Origin: an uncultured Pseudomonadota bacterium
Lineage (GTDB): Bacteria; Myxococcota_A; Polyangia; Fen-1088
Length of the DNA: 64,000 nt
Assembly: GCA_963847705.1 (NCBI GenBank)
Contig: CAWKBC010000001.1
Span: 32,001 to 96,000, forward strand
Reading direction: 5' to 3'
Of this stretch, positions 31,504-40,311 are shown one piece after another. Both the position numbers and the translations under genes were made by a program. The notes under the pieces were generated by a model that saw only the letters and a list, made by a program, of their open reading frames with translations, had not been told where the DNA came from and searched no databases. The stretch's first letter is position 1, and each line of letters starts with the position of its first letter.

Positions 31504-32035
31504 TTATCGCGTGGCGGCGTTCCTTCGATCCCGGCGTGTGACGAGGAGGATCCCCAGCAGCATCGCGGCGAGGATGACCAGCGAGGCGGTGATTCGCCCC
31601 CAGGCGAGGCCCCCTTCGTCGCGCGGTTTGGTCAGAAGATCGCCGAGCGTCGCTCCAAAGGGGCGCGAGAGCACGTAGGCCGACCAGAAGTAGGCGCTGG
31701 CGGGGATGGTGCGGAGCCACCGGTGTCCGGCCGCGACCAGGCCCAGCAGGCCGCCGAACACCAGCGTGCGAGAGCGTCGTGCCGACGGTGGTGGTGGCGA
31801 CCACCACCGCCCAGTAGGCGAACGGCCGATAGCGCCGGGACCCGACCTGGATCGCCAGCACCACCGCGAAGAAGGCGACGTAGATCAGGCTGGCGACGGC
31901 GTAGCCGAGGTCCAGCGTCATCGAGACGGCGTCACCGCCGGTCTCCCCCACGGTCGTGGCGAGCAACTTGATGATCCAGAAGCCCAGGGTGGCCTGGGGA
32001 ACCTTGGAGGCGAGCGTTCGGTCGAGCTTGCCCAC
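31504..32035 (-). pseudogene. COG4705-type repeat membrane protein with central deletion and frameshift
   Basis: SKVPQATLGFWIIKLLATTVGETGGD...TTVGTTLS joined at about 31768 to a different frame TLVFGG...FWSAYVLSRPFGATLGDLLTKP. Confidence 0.8.
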
Positions 32036-32062
32036 GGGTCGTTCGATTCTACCTTCCTCGAA

Positions 32063-32242
32063 ATGAGCCCGTTTCCAACACGAGAGCGCAAGCCAGCTCC
32101 GCCGAGCACCCCGGCGGAGGTCGTCAAGACCCACGAGGCGGTCCGGACCGGCCCGGAGTTCCAGCCCGACTCGGGGGCGCTGGCGCCGGGCGAGCCGATC
32201 GAGGAAGAGCAGCTCGAGCACGACCGGCGCGACGATCTCTGA
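32063..32242 (+). CDS. Small acidic hypothetical protein
   Basis: 59-aa ORF with GC3-rich codons upstream of corA; weak RBS. Confidence 0.35.
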   Translation: MSPFPTRERKPAPPSTPAEVVKTHEAVRTGPEFQPDSGALAPGEPIEEEQLEHDRRDDL

Positions 32243-32287
32243 CGCCGGTCACCGGCGGGGCCCGGCGCGGTAGAGTGGCGCCAGCCC

Positions 32288-33262
32288 ATGCTCGCGACCC
32301 ACCCGCCCGGTGACGGCGAAGCTGCCGTCGCAACAGCCCTCTGGATCGATCTGCTCCAGCCGACCGCCACCGAGATCGCCCGGGTCGGGGCGGCGACAGG
32401 GCTGCGGGTCCCCACGGAGGGTGAGGTCAGCGAGATCGAGTCGAGCAGCCGGCTCGCCTTCGAGCGCGGCGCCTTCTATCTCTCGGCGCCGCTGGTGGCG
32501 ATCGACGACGACGGCGAGCACCAGCTGACGCCGGTCGGGTTCGTGCTGTCGGCCCGGGTCCTGCTCACCATCCACTTCGTGCCGCTGGCCGCCTTCGACG
32601 CCTACCGGGAGGAGTCGGCCGCGCAGCCACCCCAGAACGCCGAGGAGGCGCTGCTCCGCATCTTCGAGCTGATCGTCGATCGGGCGGCCGACAACCTGGA
32701 GCGCGCGGGCGCTGCCTGCGACGAGCTGTCGCGCGCCGCCTTCCGCGGCGGCCGCCAGCGCGGCAAGGGCGCCGGCCCGCTGCCCCCCAAGGGCACCGCC
32801 CAGGTCGCCACCAAGCTGAGCGCGGCGCTGCGCCGCATCGGCGCCACCGCCGAGCAGATCTCGCGCCTGCGGGACGAGCTGCTCGGCCTGGGGCGCATCG
32901 GCGCCTACCTCGAGGAGAGCGGGATCGCGGGGGCGCCCAAGGTGAACGCCACGCGCCTCAAGGGGATCCGGGCCGACGTCGCCTCGCTGACCGACTACGA
33001 GTCCCACCTCTCGGGCAAGCTGCAGTTCCTGCTCGACGCCACCCTCGGCTTCATCAACATCGAGCAGAACGAGATCGTCAAGACGCTGACCATCGCCTCC
33101 GTCGTGGGGATCCCCCCGGTGCTGGTGGCCGGCATCTACGGGATGAATTTTCGCGTCATGCCGGAGCTCCACTGGGCGCTCGGCTACCCGATGGCGCTCG
33201 CCCTCATCGTCGTGACCGGCCTCCTGCCGCTCTGGTGGTTCAAGCGGCGCGGCTGGATGTAG
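32288..33262 (+). CDS. corA: CorA-family Mg2+/Co2+ transporter
   Basis: WIDLLQPT, EIESSSR, QNEIVKTLT, GIYGMNF signature, two C-terminal TM helices. Confidence 0.95.
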   Translation: MLATHPPGDGEAAVATALWIDLLQPTATEIARVGAATGLRVPTEGEVSEIESSSRLAFERGAFYLSAPLVAIDDDGEHQLTPVGFVLSARVLLTIHFVPLAAFDAYREESAAQPPQNAEEALLRIFELIVDRAADNLERAGAACDELSRAAFRGGRQRGKGAGPLPPKGTAQVATKLSAALRRIGATAEQISRLRDELLGLGRIGAYLEESGIAGAPKVNATRLKGIRADVASLTDYESHLSGKLQFLLDATLGFINIEQNEIVKTLTIASVVGIPPVLVAGIYGMNFRVMPELHWALGYPMALALIVVTGLLPLWWFKRRGWM

Positions 33263-33281
33263 CGCGGTCGCGCCCGCGCGC

Positions 33282-34070
33282 CTAACGGTAGCGTGTGGCG
33301 ATGGTGGTCGAGCGCGAGACCTGGAGCGCCGCCAGGTTCGCCTCGTCGATGCGTTGCAAGGCGGTCGCGTCCTCCAGCGGCGGCACGCAGACGACCTCCC
33401 CGAGCCGCAGGCCGGCCAGCGAGGCGCGCGCCAGATCGTCTGGGCTCATGCGCGGCATCTGCGAGAGATCCATCCCCTGCACGTCGTGGAACTCGGTCTT
33501 GATGACGCCGGGGAGGCAGACCTGGATGCGCACGCCGGTGCCGGTGAGCTCGTTGGCGAGCACCTGCGTGAAGGTCACCATGAAGGCCTTGGCACCCGCA
33601 TAGACCGCGCGCTGGGGAAAGAAGGGTGCCGTCGCGCTGCCGGAGAACGCCAGCAGCGAGGCGACGTTGATGACGCCGCCCTGTTTGCGCTCGACCATCC
33701 CGGGCAGCGCGGCGCGGGTCACCTGAACGACCGCGCGGATGTGGATGGCGATGAGCGCGTCGGCCACCTTCGGATCGAGCTCGACGAAGCGGCGATACCC
33801 GCCGATTCCTGCGTTGTTCACCAGCAGAGCCAGCGGCGCGGCGGCGGCGCGCGCGCCGACCGCCTCGATGCCTGCCTCGCTGGTCAGATCGGCGACCAGC
33901 ACCTCGACCCTGGATTGGTGCGCCTCGCCGAGCCGCTGCGCCAGCGCCTCCAGTCGATCGCGCCGGCGGGCGACGACGATCAGGTCATGCCCGCTGGCGG
34001 CGAGCTGTTCGGCGAAAGACTGTCCGATGCCGGCGGAGGCACCGGTGATGAGGGCAAGGGGACACGACAT
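33282..34070 (-). CDS. Short-chain dehydrogenase/reductase
   Basis: TGASAGIG, NNAG, YAGAK, PGVIKTEF. Confidence 0.93.
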   Translation of the reverse strand: MSCPLALITGASAGIGQSFAEQLAASGHDLIVVARRRDRLEALAQRLGEAHQSRVEVLVADLTSEAGIEAVGARAAAAPLALLVNNAGIGGYRRFVELDPKVADALIAIHIRAVVQVTRAALPGMVERKQGGVINVASLLAFSGSATAPFFPQRAVYAGAKAFMVTFTQVLANELTGTGVRIQVCLPGVIKTEFHDVQGMDLSQMPRMSPDDLARASLAGLRLGEVVCVPPLEDATALQRIDEANLAALQVSRSTTIATRYR

Positions 34071-34124
34071 GCCCGTCAGGCTACGCCCCGCGCCGGGCCA
34101 GCACCAGCCTCGGCCCGGCGCGTT

Positions 34125-35167
34125 CTACCTCGGGCCCCGGGAGGCGTCGCGGGGGACAAACTCCTCCAGCATCTCCGCCCGCTCGCGCGTGAGCCAGGTC
34201 TTGACGCCCCGGGAATCGCTCCCGGGAAACTTCAAGCTGGCGAACTCGCTCCAGGCGTCGCGGTAAGCGGGCCAGGTTCGTTCAGTCTTGCGGATGTCCG
34301 GCGTCGTGACCGTCCCGAATTCGGGGCTCTTGGGTCCCCGCATGACCCGCTGGTAAACCGCATTCAGTCGCTGGTCGGTCCTGGTCAGCTCGGCCTCCGG
34401 CGCGGGCGGGACAGCGCCGCGCTCCAGCTTGTCCAGGAATGTGGCGAACGATTCCTCGAGCCGCTCGTCTTCTTCGAATCTCGAGCTCGGCGCGCGCCGT
34501 TCCGCTCAGATCCACTTCGTTCGACGACCGTGCCTCGAAGAAGGCGCGGGCAGCATGCCGCAGCTTTTCGAACGCCGCGCGCTCAGCCGCAGTCCAGCTC
34601 GCCAGCTTCGCGCGGTAGCGCGCGGTGCGTTTCGTCTCTTCGATCTTCTGAGCGTGCGCGGCGCAGGCCCCCATCATGTAGCCGCTGGTGATGTCGTCGC
34701 ACAGAATCGAACGCCATCTTCTTCCGCTCCGACGCCCTCAGCTTCTCCAGGTGGGCGATGCGCCCCTCCATCTCGGCCGGCGCCCCCTCGAGCGCGCAGG
34801 CAAAACGAATCGCCAGATCGGGGTTCCGTCGGGCACCGATTCCGGTCGCATAGATCGTCATCAGGATGGCCGAGCCGCCGAAGACCGGGGCGTCGCCGGT
34901 CGACCGTTCGAGGTAGGCGCACAGGCGTGCCCTCGACGGATCGGCCGGCTGGCCGATGCCGTAGTAGAGATCCTCCGACTGGCACCCCGCGAGCGCTCGC
35001 CTGGTGTCGGCGTCGGGCTGGTCGCCCGGGGGGAGGGCGGTCTCCTTCACCCGATCGCAGTCCGCCCGCCAGGCCTCGTCCGCCGAAGGCGCGCGCCCCA
35101 ATCCGCCACCGGCGAGGAACGCCAGCGCAACGAGTCGGAGCGGAGCGCTGGCGCCCAGCATCACCAC
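34125..35167 (-). pseudogene. Secreted LprI/DUF1311-domain protein split by two +1 frameshifts (possibly sequencing errors)
   Basis: Three consecutive frames join into ...FDLCDDITSGYMMGAC...EIEEDE...DQRLNAVYQRV...ERTW.AYRDAW. Confidence 0.75.
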
Positions 35168-35303
35168 AAGAATAGCGAAAACGGAGGCTCAGCGGCGCAG
35201 TGACTTTCCGCGTCGGTCCGCGGCGCCACGAATTTTGATGAGCCGCACGGTCCCGGGAGCGTCACTCCACCGACGGTCGTCCCCGAACCCGACAGGAGCC
35301 TCC

Positions 35304-36815
35304 ATGATTCGCGCCTCGAAACAGGGCTGGAAGAGTTTCGCGTTTTCTCTCTGCCTCGGGGCGCTCGTGGCCGGCTGTGGCGGCGGTGACGGAACCGGTG
35401 AGGGAACGGGCGGCTCGGGCGAAACGGGTGGCGTGGGTCAACCCGGCGGTACGACCGGCACGGGCGGCGCGAGAGCGACGGGCGGCACGAACGGCACCGG
35501 GGGCTTGACCGGAACGGGCGGCCTGAACGGGACCGGAAGCCTGACGGGCACCGGCGGAGCGACCGCCACCGGCGGCCTGCCGGGGACCGGCGGTACGACC
35601 GCCACCGGCGGCGTGACGGGGACTGGCGGCGCGACCGCAACGGGCGGTGTCACCGGCACCGGCGGCGCAGGCGGCCAGGCGGGCGCGAGCGGAGCTGGGG
35701 GGACGGCCGGCCACGCGGGCGCGAGCGGAATCAGCGGAGCCGCCGGGCACGCCGGGACGGGTGGCGCGGGCGCGAGCGGCACCGCCGGCTCGACCGGCAC
35801 CGGCGGCACCGGCGGCGCGACCGCCACCGGTCTTCCCGGCGACGTGACCGCTGCAGCGGGGACGCCGCTCGTGGCGGCGCACAGCATGACCCGCGCGCTC
35901 TTCGCGGCTTACACCGGCAACCTGTTCCAGGTCCGGCGCGCCTCCGACGCCACGACGCAGAACATCGGCGTGGCGAGCATGGGCGGCCAGGTCGACCTCA
36001 CCACGCTGAACACCTTTTGCACCGGGACGGCCTGCTCGGTCTCCAAGCTCTATGACCAGTCCGGGAACGGCAACGATCTGTCGCAGGCCACGGCCGCCAA
36101 TCAGCCCGCCGTTCAGTTCTGGACGACGGCCGACGGCACCACCAAGCTGCCGATGGCGGTGAGCACGAACCGGCAATGGCTGCGGAACCGGCTGCAGACC
36201 AAGAAGATCCCGACCGGCTCCAAGCCCCAGACCGAGTACATGGTCATCCACGCGGCCTTCGCCGGCGCGATCGCCGGCACCAACGGCTGCTGCTACGACT
36301 ACGGCAACATGGAAACGCAGATCACCGACGACGGCCCCGGCACGATGAGCGCCCTCTACTTTGGATCCGCCACCGACTGGACGCGGGGCGCCGGCAGCGG
36401 TCCCTGGGGCATGATGGATTTCGAAAACGGCCTCTTCGCCGGCGGCGCCGGGATCGCGAACCTCAATCAAGGCTCCGCCAGCGTCAACGCGCAGGATCCC
36501 AGCCTCAAGTACCCCGGCAACAACATCGCCGTCATCTTCGGGAAGACGGACGGGACGGCGAACTTCACCTTGAAGTACGGCAACGCGGCCACCGGCCCGC
36601 TCGGTACGGCCTGGAACGGTGGGTTGCCCACGATGCCCAACCCGACCAAGTACATCCCGCTGCAACAGCAAGGCGGCCTCTCTCTGGGCGAGGGGGGCGA
36701 CGGCTCGAACATGGGCACCGGCGCCTTCTCCGAGGGTGTGGTCATCGCGGCCGAGACCACCGACGCCACCGACAACGCCATCCAGACGAACCTCACCACC
36801 GTCTACGGCAAGTAG
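35304..36815 (+). CDS. GH54 alpha-L-arabinofuranosidase B catalytic domain lipoprotein with Gly/Thr linker
   Basis: Lipobox VAGC, GTGG repeats, AAHSMTRAL, YDQSGNGNDL, GCCYDYGNME, DFENGLF, GEGGDGS, FSEG. Confidence 0.92.
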   Translation: MIRASKQGWKSFAFSLCLGALVAGCGGGDGTGEGTGGSGETGGVGQPGGTTGTGGARATGGTNGTGGLTGTGGLNGTGSLTGTGGATATGGLPGTGGTTATGGVTGTGGATATGGVTGTGGAGGQAGASGAGGTAGHAGASGISGAAGHAGTGGAGASGTAGSTGTGGTGGATATGLPGDVTAAAGTPLVAAHSMTRALFAAYTGNLFQVRRASDATTQNIGVASMGGQVDLTTLNTFCTGTACSVSKLYDQSGNGNDLSQATAANQPAVQFWTTADGTTKLPMAVSTNRQWLRNRLQTKKIPTGSKPQTEYMVIHAAFAGAIAGTNGCCYDYGNMETQITDDGPGTMSALYFGSATDWTRGAGSGPWGMMDFENGLFAGGAGIANLNQGSASVNAQDPSLKYPGNNIAVIFGKTDGTANFTLKYGNAATGPLGTAWNGGLPTMPNPTKYIPLQQQGGLSLGEGGDGSNMGTGAFSEGVVIAAETTDATDNAIQTNLTTVYGK

Positions 36816-36942
36816 CCGTCTCGTCCGGGTCAAGCGACGGTTTCGCAGCGATAGAACTTGCGTAAACGTTGGTGATCCGCGCTGACGAGTCGCTCCGAGT
36901 GTGGCCAGGATAGGGGAGGCAAAAAACTCGGGAGGTGTGGAC

Positions 36943-37431
36943 ATGAGGACGCTGATACGGGAACCAATGTCTTCGAGCGACGCACGGGCCGCCATTCTTT
37001 CGAGCAACGAGGAGCTTCGCGGGCTGCTCCAGGAGACGATTCACGTCGCGCAGGAGACGACGCAAGGGGCGACGGAAGAGACGGCGGAACTGGAGGTCGA
37101 CTTCGAGCCCCTGCGCATGCATGCGAAGGATCTCTTCGCGGCCTTCACGGAACACATGGAGTTCGAGGAGCGCATCTTGCCGACGGCGTTGTGCGACGTC
37201 ATCGGTTGGGGCCCCGAATTGCGGGCGCGGATGGAGGCGGATCACGAGAGGTGCCGCGCCTCTCTCGCCGCCACCATGTTGGCGCTGGAGCCCGACAGTC
37301 TGTCGGCCGGTCGAATGATCGAGCGGATCCGCGAGCTGGCGGACGCCCTCCTCGTCGACCTCGACAGCGAAGAGCGGTACCTGCTCACCGCCGATCTCGA
37401 CGCGCTCACGAACGACAGCGGAGGGGGATAG
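36943..37431 (+). CDS. Hemerythrin-like domain protein
   Basis: EHMEFEERIL, ADHERCR and SEERYLL helical-bundle motifs; RBS GGAGG. Confidence 0.7.
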   Translation: MRTLIREPMSSSDARAAILSSNEELRGLLQETIHVAQETTQGATEETAELEVDFEPLRMHAKDLFAAFTEHMEFEERILPTALCDVIGWGPELRARMEADHERCRASLAATMLALEPDSLSAGRMIERIRELADALLVDLDSEERYLLTADLDALTNDSGGG

Positions 37432-37443
37432 AACGGCGCGCGG

Positions 37444-37650
37444 CTACGGGCTCTCGTCGCTGTGACGGGTCAGGGCGGGCCACAGGAAGTGGTGGCCTCC
37501 CGTGCAGACGTAGGGGGTTCGACCGTCGGGCCCTTCCACGCCGACCGGGATTCCCGGCTTGCGGCAGACCGTCTGGGCCGGGAGGTCCTGGTGGTCGCAC
37601 CAGGGTTCTTCCTCGGATTCCTCGTCTTGCGCCGTCGTCCGAATGGCCAT
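37444..37650 (-). CDS. Small Cys/His-containing hypothetical protein
   Basis: 68 aa with WCDH, C and YVCTGGHHF; fills the intergenic gap. Confidence 0.45.
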   Translation of the reverse strand: MAIRTTAQDEESEEEPWCDHQDLPAQTVCRKPGIPVGVEGPDGRTPYVCTGGHHFLWPALTRHSDESP

Positions 37651-37747
37651 CCGTATCGGGTCCCCGGTCGACATTGTACCCACGGGTCGTCGCCCGTGCA
37701 GAGAATCGCGTTGACTTCCGGCTGAGGCGGAGCAGGTTACCGATCGC

Positions 37748-38971
37748 GTGATCCACGATGTGCTCATCGTCGGGGGAGGCCCGGCCGGCAGCACCTGTGC
37801 CCGCTTCCTGGTTCGCGGGGGGGCGCGCGTGGCGATCGTCGATCGCGCCGAGTTCCCCCGGGTCAAGCTGTGCGGAGGGTGGATCTCGGCGCCGATCTGG
37901 GACGCCCTGGCGCTGGCGCCGCGCGAATACCCGGCCGGCCTCTGGGAGTGGAACAGCTGCCACGTCAGCTACCGCGGCGAGGAGCGGACCATCCCCTGCC
38001 ACGGCTGGTTCATCCGCCGCTTCGAGCTCGATGACTTCCTGCTGCGCCGGAGCGGCGCTGACCTGCACCTGGGCGTCGCCGTACACGAGATCGAGCGCGA
38101 CGGCGACGGTCTCTGGGCGGTCGCCGGCCTGCGCGCGCGGCATCTGGTCGGCGCGGGGGGGACCAACTGTCCGGTCGCGCGCCTGTTTCCGCCGCCGCGG
38201 CCGAGCGGGCCGGTCGGCGTCCAGGAGCACGAGTTCCAGGCCGATCGCGCGGAGATCGCGCGCACCCGCGCCGGGCGCGACGGCGAGCCGGAGCTGCTCC
38301 TGCACGACGACCTGCGCGGCTATTCGTGGAACGTCCCCAAGACCGACTGGCTGAACGTCGGCTCCGGAACGGTCGAGCCCCACGAGGTGCGCGCCGCCTG
38401 GCAGAAGGCGCGGGCGCACTTTACTGCCGCGGGGCACGTGCCGCCCGAGTCGGCCCCCGAGCTGGAGGCGATGAAGGGGCACACCTACTACCTCTTCGAT
38501 CCGACCCACCTCGAGGGCGCCGTTCGACCGGGCCCCACCAACCAAGAGGGCGCCGGGGCGGTGCTTCTCTGTGGCGACAGCCTGGGGCTCGCGCAGCCGC
38601 TCACCGCCGAGGGGATCCTGCCCGCGGTGCTCTCGGGCCGGCTCGCCGCCGAGGCGATCCTGGCCGGCGCACCGGAGAGCTACCCGGCACGCTTGGCCGC
38701 GCACCCGGTGCTCGAGGACTACCGCCGCGTCTTCCGGCTGCGGGAGGCGGCCGCGGCGCTCGCCGGGCGCTCGGGCGATCACAAGGGCCCGGGCAAGGCG
38801 AACGGGGACGGGGCCAGCAACGGCCACGGCAAACCGGGCTCGCGCCTCGCCGGACGCGCCGTGGCCAGCGGGTTCGCCTGGATGTTCTCCGGCGCGCGCT
38901 TCCCGGCCCCGCGTCTGATCGACGCGGGACTGGCTATTGCCGAGCGCTGGACCAACAATCGACGCGCATGA
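37748..38971 (+). CDS. FAD-dependent oxidoreductase, geranylgeranyl reductase family
   Basis: IVGGGPAGS, FPRVKLCGG, GYSWNVPK, GDSLGLAQPLTAEGI. Confidence 0.92.
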   Translation: MIHDVLIVGGGPAGSTCARFLVRGGARVAIVDRAEFPRVKLCGGWISAPIWDALALAPREYPAGLWEWNSCHVSYRGEERTIPCHGWFIRRFELDDFLLRRSGADLHLGVAVHEIERDGDGLWAVAGLRARHLVGAGGTNCPVARLFPPPRPSGPVGVQEHEFQADRAEIARTRAGRDGEPELLLHDDLRGYSWNVPKTDWLNVGSGTVEPHEVRAAWQKARAHFTAAGHVPPESAPELEAMKGHTYYLFDPTHLEGAVRPGPTNQEGAGAVLLCGDSLGLAQPLTAEGILPAVLSGRLAAEAILAGAPESYPARLAAHPVLEDYRRVFRLREAAAALAGRSGDHKGPGKANGDGASNGHGKPGSRLAGRAVASGFAWMFSGARFPAPRLIDAGLAIAERWTNNRRA

Positions 38972-40119
38972 TCGACTTCGCCCGCAAGCTGGCCTCCACC
39001 CTCGACCGCAACGCCGCGGATGTCATTCGCGAAGCGCTCGCCGGCGCAGGAATCACCGTCGGTGGTGATGCGCCCTGGGACATCCAGGTCCACGACACCC
39101 GGACCTATGAGCGCATCATGCGCGACGGGACCGTCGGCGTGGGCGAGTCCTTCACCGAAGGCTGGTGGGACTGCGAGCGGCTCGACCAGATGATCGATCG
39201 CGCCGTGCGCGGCAACCTCTACGGCGTGCTCGGGAAGAGCTGGACCATGCGGGCGCAGGTGGTGCGCTCCCGCCTCTTGAACCTGCAGGCGACGCGCCCC
39301 TTCGAGGTCGGCGTCCGGCACTACGACGTGGGAAACGATCTCTACCGCGAGATGCTGGGGCCGCGGATGATGTACACCTGCGCCTACTTCAAGGGCACCG
39401 ACTCGCTCGACGTCGCGCAGGAGGCCAAGCTGGATCTGGTCTGCCGGAAGATCGGCCTTCAGCCGGGGATGCGCGTGCTCGATCTCGGCTGCGGCTGGGC
39501 CGGCTTCGCCTCCTTCGCCGCCGAGCGCTACGGCGCCAGCGTGGTCGGCTACACCGTCTCGCGCGAGCAGGCCGCCTGGGCCAAGGAGCACTACGCCGCG
39601 CTGCCGATCGAGATCCGGTTGGAGGACTACCGCCACGCGACCGGCAGCTACGACGCCGTGGTCTCGATCGGCCTGATGGAGCACGTGGGGCCCAAGAACC
39701 ACCGCGGCTACATGGAGCTGGCAGCCCGCCGCCTCCTCCCCGGCGGGCGGGCCTTCATCCACACCATCGGCGGCGCCACCCCGCGCACGCACATCGATCC
39801 CTGGTTCGACAAATACATCTTTCCCAACGCCGCCATCCCCACGCTCGGCCAGCTGGCGACCGCGATGGAGGAGATCCTGGTCCCCGAGGACGTCCAGAAC
39901 ATCGGCCCCCACTACGACCGGACGCTGATGGCCTGGTGGGACAACTTCGACGCCGCCTGGCCGCGCCTGCGCGCGAAGTACGGCGACGCGTTCTACCGGA
40001 TGTGGAAGTTTTACCTGATGATCAGCGCCGCCTACTTCCGCACGCGCCAGCACAACCTCTACCAGATCGTCGCCACGCCGGCCGGCGCGCCGCAGCCGCC
40101 GTACGTCCGCGCGATCTGA
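38968..40119 (+). CDS. cfa: Cyclopropane-fatty-acyl-phospholipid synthase family methyltransferase
   Basis: HYDVGNDLY, MMYTCAY, AQEAKL, LDLGCGWAG, VSIGLMEHVG, KYIFPN, RMWKFYL. ATGA overlap with the upstream gene. Confidence 0.95.
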   Translation: MIDFARKLASTLDRNAADVIREALAGAGITVGGDAPWDIQVHDTRTYERIMRDGTVGVGESFTEGWWDCERLDQMIDRAVRGNLYGVLGKSWTMRAQVVRSRLLNLQATRPFEVGVRHYDVGNDLYREMLGPRMMYTCAYFKGTDSLDVAQEAKLDLVCRKIGLQPGMRVLDLGCGWAGFASFAAERYGASVVGYTVSREQAAWAKEHYAALPIEIRLEDYRHATGSYDAVVSIGLMEHVGPKNHRGYMELAARRLLPGGRAFIHTIGGATPRTHIDPWFDKYIFPNAAIPTLGQLATAMEEILVPEDVQNIGPHYDRTLMAWWDNFDAAWPRLRAKYGDAFYRMWKFYLMISAAYFRTRQHNLYQIVATPAGAPQPPYVRAI

Positions 40120-40242
40120 CGCTCGCGGTTGCGCGCGATCCGACGCTCGCGGTTGCGCGCGATCTGACGCTCGCGGTTGCGGGCGATCCGACGCTCGCGT
40201 TGCGGGCGATCCGACGCTCGCGTTGCGCGCGATCCGAGGCTC
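40107..40242. repeat. Tandem repeat of 23-24-bp unit GCGCGCGATCYGACGCTCGCG(G)TT, 5 full copies plus 1 partial
   Basis: Counted directly. The first unit contains the cfa stop codon TGA (40117-40119). Confidence 0.95.
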
Positions 40243-40311
40243 AAAATTCTTTGCGGCAAAACCGCACTCACGGCGCGCTTCCGCAACGCCAGGTTGGGAT
40301 ACGGAGGATCC

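Noticed and set aside
35380-35830. GGCACCGGCGGC-type repeats as a mobile or diversity-generating repeat
   Set aside because: They encode an ordinary GTGG linker of a myxobacterial lipoprotein; no reverse transcriptase or TR/VR pair was seen.
40107-40242. Possible CRISPR array
   Set aside because: Units are head-to-tail with no unique spacers, and no cas genes are in the window. The same applies to 42694-42812 and 27220-27307.
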